Origin: a virus
Taxonomy: Duplodnaviria; Caudoviricetes
Direction: 5' to 3' (one strand)
Length of the DNA: 24,683 bases
IMG/VR virus record: IMGVR_UViG_3300032328_000769
Span: 1 to 24,683 of that record
Below are positions 8,001 to 15,437 of this stretch, one piece after another. Each line of letters begins with the position of its first letter. Position 1 is the first letter of the stretch. The notes under the pieces were generated by a model that was given only the letters and a program-made list of their open reading frames with translations, was not told the origin of the DNA and searched no databases. The position numbers and the translations under genes are program-made.

Positions 8001-11000
8001 CAACGTGTTTTCATCAATGGTGATCAAATAGCCATAACGGCCCCAATTTTTGCGCAGAAGGCGTTCTTTTTCAAGATCAATGCTCATTTCATTTGCGATT
8101 TGATCCGCCTCTGCCACTAAATCCATATGCGCCTGATACTGCATTGCCTGATTGATATCATCGGCTTTGTAATATTTTTGCCCCTGCAGCTCACTATCAA
8201 TGGCCGCCAGCAATGTATTGATATCGTTTTGTACGGGATTGTTGTCATCTTGCTGCGCAAAAAATCCGGCTTCTGTGGCCACAACAAGCGCATCATCCAG
8301 TGTGAGACCGTCTTCTCTGACCAGCCCGCGCATTGTCTTTTTTAAATCGCGCGATTTCAGCTCTCCTGCATCCTCGCGTATGCCGCCCTTGGAACGCAAA
8401 AAACCCAGCAGGCTTTGCGGCTCTTTTGGCACAGGGGCCAGCAAAATATTGACGATCGACTGGCGGCGCAGATCGCTTTGCTCTGCCTCATCGCGCATGA
8501 TATCAATGTCAATCTGCTCAATAGGAATCGCCTCAGGCGGCGCAAATTCCAGATCAGGGGCAATTCCCAAATCTTCAGGCTTGGCGTTACCGACATAAAT
8601 CTTATTGCCGTCACGCATAAAATCGCTGATCAGTCTATAAAGCGGTGTGTTGATAATCTCGGCGCGCTGCTTTTTTATGGCCGCCTGCAAGCGGTCTTTG
8701 TATTCCTGTGTCTGCCGCGCTTTATTTTCTTTCGTCAATTCTCTGTAGAGTTTTTGCTCAGCTTCGATTGTCGCGCCATTTAAATAATTGGCAACCTGCG
8801 CCGTGATATCGTCAGGCAAGCCAAGGTTTCGCGCCGTGGCCGCCAGTGATCCATTTTTATTTTTGACCTGGTCAATCTCTTGTTCAGAAGCCAGCCACCT
8901 GTCAAAGATACCGCGCGTTTCATCGTCAAGCTCAACACCAAGGGCTTTAATGTCTTGACAAATCCGCATGAGCCAGTCACGATATCGCGCAAAAACACGG
9001 ACAAGGCTTTCACTTGGCGCACGGCCTTCGCGCATGTAAAGCTCATAAAGATTTGCGATTTTTTCTTCCTGTTTAACCGTGAACACATCTGACGTCGCGC
9101 CGACCTTCTTTTTTAAACCTTCCCAGTCATCAATAATGCGCTGCAGCTCAAAATTGTTATTGCCCGCCGCAATCTGCTGGCGCGCAAGGTCTGCAAAATA
9201 ACGATGCGTGGCAACGGCCCAGTGTGAGAACTCATGCGCGCCGGTGGAAAAATTAGAGCGCTCAGTGAAGGCTGTAACCACCTTGCGCAGCCGCCCTTCA
9301 AAATCTGCCTGGTCCACAGGGTTAAAGCTGATCGATCCGCGTTCGCGCTGAAACAATTCATCTCTAAACAATTTTTCATTAAAAACTCTGGTTATGTTTT
9401 TTCCATTTATTGTGCTTAAAAAAGCCTGAGAAACAATATTTCCCTTAAGGTCTGTGTATTCAACATTAAGGTTATCTAATCCCGTTTTTTTAGCCGCCGA
9501 AACAATTCTTGATACTTGTTGTGGCGTAGGCGCAATGTTTGCGTTTACAAGCCCTGAATTAAAATCAACGCGCACAGCGCCGGATTTTGTTAAAAACTCC
9601 AAAAGACCATCATAACCTTGAGCGCTTGTTATTACCGAAATCTCACGATGATCAACTGCCCGTTGTGCCTTCAAATAATCAGGCTTTCCTGCTACAGGCA
9701 CAAATGATTCTCCTGCGCGCACATACCCAGCAGCCTGGTTTCGACCAGACAAATCAAGCATTGTGCCATCACGTAATACAAAACCAGCCTCTAATGGTTC
9801 TTTTGTAATACCCATCAAATCTATAGCTTTTTGAGAAAGCTCATTGGCGGCAGCTTCATCAAAATTATTATCGCCATCCAGCTGATACAGTTTCCTGACC
9901 TGATCCGCCTGCGCTTGCGCGGCCTCGTTGCTGGCCTGCACGTAGCTTTGTATTTGCTCTGCGCTCATGCCCACAACGGCCTCGGAGCTCAGGCCTATTG
10001 CCTCCAGAGCCTGACGCGCACTACCCTCAAGATTTAAGCCAGGAAACTCAAATTGCTGATCAAGCACCGCATTGACAGACTCAGGTGCAATTTCTGGCAT
10101 CTGCGTCTGTGGGTAAAGCTGTGCAAGGATTTCATCCGCGCTCATGGTCTGAGCCTGTTCGCCCGTAATTCCGGCGCGCTCTAAACGCTGACCAAAATCT
10201 ATGACCGCCTGCCTGCCCACATCATCAAGGCCGCGCACGGTTTTGCCCTCATTCAAGGCTTTAAGATCAGAAAGTAAAACTTTAAAATTGCTGCCAACCA
10301 GCGGCTTTCCGTCTTTGCCCATAATAGGCTGGCCGTCTTGCCCCTCGCTTTGAAACTGCAACAGCCCTTGATTTATTGCCGTAATCCCTTTGTCTCCAAG
10401 GGCCACAGCAAAACGCGCCCCAGTATTAGCATAGAGTGGAGCCAGATTTGATGCCTCTGCATAGCCGCGTCCAGCATCCTGCAAAGATTTACGCACAACG
10501 CGCTCAATCGAGGGGATAATTTCCTGCGCACTAATTGGCAATTGCCCGTCAACAATATCGCCTATTTCTTGCATGATATTCGGATTTTCGCGCAGAAACG
10601 CAGAATTTTGCGCTCTCTCGGCCACAGACAAATCGGCAGGATCGAGCTTGATATGATCGCGCAGCATGTCTGCTTGCTGGTAGGGCGCGATATAGGTAGC
10701 ATAATCAGCTTTGCGTATACTGATATCACCACCATCGGCTTTGAGAGCAGTCTCAAGCTCGACCTTTAAAGCAGGAATGGCATTGAATAATGCACCTTGC
10801 TGAGCAGCGTCTAATTGAGAGATCATCTGCGTCGCAGCCTGCGAATCTATATAAAACCGCTCATCGCCGGTTAAATGTTCAATCATCGAATGAAACGCAT
10901 CAGGGCTGCGCTGGAATAATTTATTGTCACGCACCGCCTGATTGATCTCTGTAATCTTTGCCGCCACATCTTCAGGACGCGTGTAACGCTGATTGCGGAC

Positions 11001-12200
11001 TTCAATTCCAACTTGAACAGCAGTGCCAGGCGCGGAATAAATACCACCAATTGCCGCCCCAAGCGCACCTTGATATGCAACATCGCCCGTTGCCTGACCA
11101 AAGCTGCGCTGATCAAAATTAGTCCCCCGATCGGCATTGGCCTGCGACTTGATCCATTCTTCAGCAATGATCTGCGCCGCACCTTGGCCCGCCTCTGTAA
11201 GGCCTTCCGTGCCAGCCGCCTCAACCAGTTTACCGCCAGCCGTTTTTAAGGCCGCGCGCATACCAGGTTGTTTGATCAATTGTTTTATGCCCTCACGTGT
11301 GAGCATTTTCTTGAGCTGATCCGCACCTGGCACAGTGCTTAATATTTTTGAAAATCCGGCATATTCCAAAGGCGCAGATACAGCGCCGACAATGGTTGCT
11401 GCAAATCTTGCCGTCTCAGGATCGATTTTGTTGCCGTTTTCATCTTCAATTTTTAGCAAGTCATAATAAGTAGACGCGCGATTCCATTTATAGCCATAGT
11501 TCAAACCGCCGTACACACTTCCGGCCGTATACCCCATGCCCGCAGCAATTGGCGCTGTAATGGGGCTGGCAGGAGGCATCAGCACGGCAGTTGCTGCACC
11601 AGTTGCAAGGCCCGTGGCCAGACCTGTTTTTTGTATTTCCAAAGCTAAATTTGCCAATGGCGCAGATGTATCCACAACACCCAGCACCGCATCAGAAACA
11701 AAACCGCCAGTGCCCAAAGGCTTATCACGCCGCGCGGTAATCTCGCGCGCACGCGCCAATTCTTCAGGCGTGGCTATACCAGCCATCTCTTTTTCGCCCA
11801 GCTCAATGAGCTGCACCATGTCCGCAGAGCGCGCACCGGCTTCGGGGATATCAGAGAAAACCTTTTTCATACCGCCGATAATGCCGTAATCGCCTGTTAT
11901 CAGGCCCATGTTATCGGGATTAGCAAGCCAGCCTTTTAATTCAGGATTATTGCGCTCAAAATCAGAAAAATCGACGGCACTCAAGGCCTGCTGCTTTTTT
12001 ACAGCATCTTTGTTGCGCTCAATGTAATCGGTGGGCAAACCTGTTTGTTTTGATAGGCGCAGCGTTTCTGCCAAAGCATCAGGATCAGTTTGTGCGGTTT
12101 TTGCCAAAGAATGCTGAACTCTTGCATCAAGATTATTTTGACGCGCGGCCAGCAGATCAGTTGCAAAGTTAATTTTTGATAAAGAATTTTCTTGGGCCAT
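5040..12200 (-). CDS. Giant internal virion/ejection protein (T7 gp16 positional analogue; large polyvalent protein), 2386 aa
   Basis: Last of three internal virion genes. LPD22-like N-terminus (DPDALAETLRLSKQTGLP...WLANPDN), Gly/Ala-rich hydrophobic region, zincin-like AHEFSHW followed by YMREGRAPS...F...WL, and a helical C-terminus with the hydrophobic segment LFYLYMMTVAIPAIAAEMII. Confidence 0.88.
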   Translation of the reverse strand: MAQENSLSKINFATDLLAARQNNLDARVQHSLAKTAQTDPDALAETLRLSKQTGLPTDYIERNKDAVKKQQALSAVDFSDFERNNPELKGWLANPDNMGLITGDYGIIGGMKKVFSDIPEAGARSADMVQLIELGEKEMAGIATPEELARAREITARRDKPLGTGGFVSDAVLGVVDTSAPLANLALEIQKTGLATGLATGAATAVLMPPASPITAPIAAGMGYTAGSVYGGLNYGYKWNRASTYYDLLKIEDENGNKIDPETARFAATIVGAVSAPLEYAGFSKILSTVPGADQLKKMLTREGIKQLIKQPGMRAALKTAGGKLVEAAGTEGLTEAGQGAAQIIAEEWIKSQANADRGTNFDQRSFGQATGDVAYQGALGAAIGGIYSAPGTAVQVGIEVRNQRYTRPEDVAAKITEINQAVRDNKLFQRSPDAFHSMIEHLTGDERFYIDSQAATQMISQLDAAQQGALFNAIPALKVELETALKADGGDISIRKADYATYIAPYQQADMLRDHIKLDPADLSVAERAQNSAFLRENPNIMQEIGDIVDGQLPISAQEIIPSIERVVRKSLQDAGRGYAEASNLAPLYANTGARFAVALGDKGITAINQGLLQFQSEGQDGQPIMGKDGKPLVGSNFKVLLSDLKALNEGKTVRGLDDVGRQAVIDFGQRLERAGITGEQAQTMSADEILAQLYPQTQMPEIAPESVNAVLDQQFEFPGLNLEGSARQALEAIGLSSEAVVGMSAEQIQSYVQASNEAAQAQADQVRKLYQLDGDNNFDEAAANELSQKAIDLMGITKEPLEAGFVLRDGTMLDLSGRNQAAGYVRAGESFVPVAGKPDYLKAQRAVDHREISVITSAQGYDGLLEFLTKSGAVRVDFNSGLVNANIAPTPQQVSRIVSAAKKTGLDNLNVEYTDLKGNIVSQAFLSTINGKNITRVFNEKLFRDELFQRERGSISFNPVDQADFEGRLRKVVTAFTERSNFSTGAHEFSHWAVATHRYFADLARQQIAAGNNNFELQRIIDDWEGLKKKVGATSDVFTVKQEEKIANLYELYMREGRAPSESLVRVFARYRDWLMRICQDIKALGVELDDETRGIFDRWLASEQEIDQVKNKNGSLAATARNLGLPDDITAQVANYLNGATIEAEQKLYRELTKENKARQTQEYKDRLQAAIKKQRAEIINTPLYRLISDFMRDGNKIYVGNAKPEDLGIAPDLEFAPPEAIPIEQIDIDIMRDEAEQSDLRRQSIVNILLAPVPKEPQSLLGFLRSKGGIREDAGELKSRDLKKTMRGLVREDGLTLDDALVVATEAGFFAQQDDNNPVQNDINTLLAAIDSELQGQKYYKADDINQAMQYQAHMDLVAEADQIANEMSIDLEKERLLRKNWGRYGYLITIDENTLGAIPADVAAETYGYTTGDEMLKALRQAKDIDYLARKQGKEALQRDYPDSMVNGQLKIKALPAVINDRVLLALDLMIKELSKQFGSTPVSMKQFAKIMAQSQVAKMRMAEVNYVFRYEVAREKELRMALQKSRAGKPQEAMLHLQRAMLNQAIYKSLQNFKDVREKAEDLFRRVDAKDKTLAGGSDIDVVGAARYVLHKFGLGGENFNIEKWIDALEESDPQVAQDLVKLTQIIKTDAKPAKELSVAEYMDIYNAVREIMHVARRVREFQIGEKRVQRETALGELKESLAQKAQAPVIEGTQVYGLNKMRKNLLSINAAKSRVEHWTNVQDRGYGGPFRTYFWNPITKASISYRESRTHWFQRLAHIFSEHKEYLQQKGKISAPELIKNQNGQAVRMVFRDRMELIGFLLHTGNESNLDKLLGGYGINQSTFWDAIRALENDGRITEQDWKIVRSLWGLAEDLKPISQKAHKDLYGYRFEEVESQPVQTRWGAIEGGYWPAVVDYDQVDSKNIERALQESKQFMVAATNKGFTKSRVTGYKKPLSTDLRLATNHIDQVLRFAYLEPAVRQVSSLVNDQGFKDALKAVDSEAYGQMLMPWLQRVAQQLISEPSPAGQSGISLRNRAARWLRTTSSAQAMMGNLSNALQNLTGFSVSIYKVGPVNFAQAFVRHNLNPLASAREVRQLSQFMRVRQNVLDSELMMEINDLIGRKGALTKTKNFAMKHGYIFQRLFQNYVDNITWQAAYSQWIEKGNSDAEAILYADSIVRTTQGSLTPEDISALEAGSEGAKLFLMFYSHFNNQDNLIGSETKNIISEFGWSGAPRLFYLYMMTVAIPAIAAEMIIKYLRDDLPDDEDEDGQILDDYLAWMSGAQFRYAAATVPYLGQVGNWMMNLGNDKPFDDRMTVSPVLSYAEGAGKFIARELQGENENDGRRVRSALTTLGFITGLPLGQLGKPAGYLADIEAGRVDPENAGDVVRGLIAGTPPQK

Positions 12201-12204
12201 TATT

Positions 12205-14340
12205 TCACTTTTTTACAATTGTTCCATTTTTAAGCTGAACTGCAAATGCCTCTAGGATTGTCTGGTCATTAACGGGGATATTTGAAGCAACAAGATCCCT
12301 TGTAATTTTATCAACAATGGAATTATATGAATTTTCTTCACCGTTGACGTAAAATTTTCCTTTGTTATCAATACCCGCAATTGTGTAAGATTGATCCGGT
12401 GTCATCTCAAATAAAGCTTTATTTGACCAGCTATCATCAGGATTGACCGTCAAAAGCAATCTATCAGTGATCGCCTGCACCTCGCTTGGGCCAGCAACCT
12501 TGCCTGTGGCTTTTTGCATGGCCTGTATTTCGTTATCAACCGAGCGGCGAAACGCCTCCATTCTTCTAAACTGATCCTGTGTTTGTGGCTCTTTTTGCCC
12601 AATCAGAATCTGTCCAGCGTCTTTGATCACATCATCGACCGTGCGGGCATTGACGCGCTTTTTCGGGTCTTGCTCTATCTCCAGCAGATTATTAAATTCA
12701 CTGCCCAGCTGCCAGCGCAGTTCAGTGAGCGGCACTTCTTCTTGCTGGCCCGTATCAGGATCAGTGCGCATAATTGGCTGGCCGGTCACAACACGTTGCC
12801 GCACATAGGCATAAAACGCAGGATCAGGGTCCTGATTTCCCACAAATTTACGCATATCCAACACATCTTTAGGATTCATGCGCGCCTCGACGCTTGCCGG
12901 AACGTCTTGACCATTGCTCACATAGCGCCATGCAGTTTCGCTTGCATCAGCGTATGAATTTTTACGATCATCACGCATTGTTTTTAAACGCTCACTGACA
13001 ATATTTCTTGCATCCGCTGCCACATCAGGATCATCCGTCTGCGCATCAATTTGATTATATAAATCAGATTCGCTGGGCAATTCACCGCTCATTGCGGCAA
13101 TCTGCGCCTCTGTGCGCGCCACGCGGCTCATCCATCCATCAAAATTCTTTGAATATTTTTCTGGGTCCTGCTTAACCAACCTGCGGTAAAAATCAGTCTG
13201 CAACTCCAACAATTTGCGTGGATCACCATTGGCCTGCTCGATTGCTTTTTTGCCTTCCGTTTCGTTTTGGATCAAAAATTGAAACGCGGCAAGGCGCATT
13301 GTGGCGGGCTGGTCATCAAGGTTGAATCTCTTCCAATATTTCTCAACATAAAACGCGCGGGCTTTTTCAGGCGTTAATTCTTCCAGATTGACATCGGGAT
13401 GTGCAGCGCTATTGATACCAAAGCGCGCCATTCCATCGCCATCCGCAACGGTCTTATCACCTCCCTCCAAGCTATCAGGCAGGATTGACACAAAATCAAT
13501 AATTTCATCACGACTGGTTTTTGGCATAACCGATCCCAGCGCAGCCTGCGCCGCATCAACGGCCTTATACTTACGCTCTGCAGGCTTGATCAAGCGCTCT
13601 GCAACAAGCAAATCCGTGGCGCTAAATTTGTTCTGGTGTGTTTTGAAATAATCTATTGCGGCACGCGGATCATTATCGGCCATGCGGTTTAAAACCCCAA
13701 TTCTTGCCTCACTTTCAATTTCCAGCAAACGCTGCGTGATGCTTTCATCGGGCAATCCTTGCACGCGGGCAAAGGCCAGCTCTGCAGCCTTGGCATTGTT
13801 AATCGAGCTTTCAACAACGGCCGGATTGTTGTAATTCAGTGCCGCACGGTTTTGGCCCGTCTTAACCGTAGTGTCGCGCGTTTCCTGCGCCACAAAATTC
13901 ATCTCCCCGCGCTCGTGCGTGTAACCTGTGCGCATAAGCCCGTCACGTCTTGATACTGCCATCTTCTGCATGGCCATGCGCTGTGCATCATTGGAGAGCG
14001 TGCCATCCAGCTGCGTAATAAATTTATCGTAATCACCAAGTAATTTTTGAGGCGCGCCGATTGCATCACGGCCTTTTTTGGCCAGAATGCCCGTACTTGG
14101 ATCAAAAATATTGACCGCTTCCCATTCATCCAATTGACGCTGGGCATCCAGCAAAGCAATCTGATCACCCTTTTCTTTGGCCTGCCGCGCATATTCACCA
14201 ACGGCCTCGGCAAGTCTTGTCATGCCGGTATCTTGCGGCACGGGCACATTTCCATAGCTTGAAGGCAACTGAGCATTAAACCCGCCCGATGGTAAGGCGC
14301 GCCGGCCTTGCTCTCTTTCTATAATGGGAACAACAGGCAT
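12205..14340 (-). CDS. Internal virion/ejection protein (gp15 positional analogue) with a central GH108-like muramidase domain
   Basis: MPVVP N-terminus and helical body. LEGG...ARFGINSAAHPDVNLEELTPEKARAFYVEKYW at about 13475-13260 matches glycoside hydrolase 108 motifs (EGG, xGI, LT...A...Y...YW). Confidence 0.85.
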   Translation of the reverse strand: MPVVPIIEREQGRRALPSGGFNAQLPSSYGNVPVPQDTGMTRLAEAVGEYARQAKEKGDQIALLDAQRQLDEWEAVNIFDPSTGILAKKGRDAIGAPQKLLGDYDKFITQLDGTLSNDAQRMAMQKMAVSRRDGLMRTGYTHERGEMNFVAQETRDTTVKTGQNRAALNYNNPAVVESSINNAKAAELAFARVQGLPDESITQRLLEIESEARIGVLNRMADNDPRAAIDYFKTHQNKFSATDLLVAERLIKPAERKYKAVDAAQAALGSVMPKTSRDEIIDFVSILPDSLEGGDKTVADGDGMARFGINSAAHPDVNLEELTPEKARAFYVEKYWKRFNLDDQPATMRLAAFQFLIQNETEGKKAIEQANGDPRKLLELQTDFYRRLVKQDPEKYSKNFDGWMSRVARTEAQIAAMSGELPSESDLYNQIDAQTDDPDVAADARNIVSERLKTMRDDRKNSYADASETAWRYVSNGQDVPASVEARMNPKDVLDMRKFVGNQDPDPAFYAYVRQRVVTGQPIMRTDPDTGQQEEVPLTELRWQLGSEFNNLLEIEQDPKKRVNARTVDDVIKDAGQILIGQKEPQTQDQFRRMEAFRRSVDNEIQAMQKATGKVAGPSEVQAITDRLLLTVNPDDSWSNKALFEMTPDQSYTIAGIDNKGKFYVNGEENSYNSIVDKITRDLVASNIPVNDQTILEAFAVQLKNGTIVKK

Positions 14341-14970
14341 TTAATTCCTCGCTAAAAATTTATTCCATTGTGAATTTAAATAGGGCTGTGTCCTGCCACC
14401 AGATTTAAAAGGATTCCCAAAATCTGCATAATAGTTTGATGACCCTGTAACCAGCGTGCCGGCCGCGCTCAAAAGCCCCTTGCGCCGCGTCAAGCGTGCA
14501 CCATAACGTGCATTGTCCAGTGCCGCTTGACCTTGTAATCGCTGATTTTGTGCCCCAGCGCGTGCATTAGCTTCATCAATTCGGTATCCGTAAGATTCCC
14601 GCTCTGCATCATTCATGGCCGTCAATGCGTTATATTCACCTGTACCGGCGTTTTGTACCAGCAAGTCAAGATTGCTGCCTGTATCGGCCAGAAAGCCTGT
14701 GGACCCCAAATTTGCCCGAGCACGCGCATTTATGCGTTTAACATTTTCTCTGATCTGCGCCGAATCCTGAGCGCCGCGTTGAATTGCATCATCTGATGCC
14801 GCCTTGGCCAGCGTTGCATTATTGTCTTGAACCTTGGCGTTATATTCCGCAATATTTTTTTGATTTTGCCCTTCTTGCACCATTGCTCTGGCTTGGCCGC
14901 GCGCCTCTGTGTATTGGCTATAGGCCGAGTACAACGTACTAGCTACTGTAAATGCTGCAGGCGAACACAT
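14341..14970 (-). CDS. Internal virion protein (T7 gp14-like)
   Basis: Met-Cys start, Ala/Gln/Asn-rich helical sequence and the G...TGSNLDLL motif. Located immediately after the GNAT. Confidence 0.85.
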   Translation of the reverse strand: MCSPAAFTVASTLYSAYSQYTEARGQARAMVQEGQNQKNIAEYNAKVQDNNATLAKAASDDAIQRGAQDSAQIRENVKRINARARANLGSTGFLADTGSNLDLLVQNAGTGEYNALTAMNDAERESYGYRIDEANARAGAQNQRLQGQAALDNARYGARLTRRKGLLSAAGTLVTGSSNYYADFGNPFKSGGRTQPYLNSQWNKFLARN

Positions 14971-15437
14971 GATTTTCCTCCGTTCATCCAGAATCTGTGA
15001 AACGGCATCCCAAGCGATCCATAGGGCTGCGACTCTTCTATTTTAAAACCCATCCAGCGCAGCCAAGAAATTGACTTGGTGTTGCGCACATCCACATAAT
15101 TTTCGAGTCTATCATAATTATTGAGAACCTTCATCAGTGGAGCGCGGCAGCGACGCAAAAATACAAAAGCATTGTTATCGAGCATTTTCGTGCCAATCAT
15201 CCACGGAACGCCCAGCCGGCCAATGAAGGATTCACACAATACTCCCCACATCAAGACAGGCTCACCGTCTATTGTGCCCACGGCAGAATAATCGCTTTGC
15301 TCTATGGCCTGAGACAGTGCGCGCAACGGTGTTTGATAAGATGCCGCCCAAATCTCTGCGCGGTCAGGCTCGCGGATATTGGCAGCAATATGCTCAGCGT
15401 GCCAAAGCTCTGCGGGAATGATCTCAGTTGTAACCAC
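14943..15437 (-). CDS. GNAT-fold acyltransferase-like protein (T7 gp13-like)
   Basis: REPDRAEIWA, GVPWMIGT and LENYVDVRNTKSISWLRWMGF (GNAT N...WL..MGF motif). Sits between the nozzle and gp14-like genes; GTG start with GAGGT SD. Confidence 0.88.
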   Translation of the reverse strand: MVTTEIIPAELWHAEHIAANIREPDRAEIWAASYQTPLRALSQAIEQSDYSAVGTIDGEPVLMWGVLCESFIGRLGVPWMIGTKMLDNNAFVFLRRCRAPLMKVLNNYDRLENYVDVRNTKSISWLRWMGFKIEESQPYGSLGMPFHRFWMNGGKSCVRLQHLQ

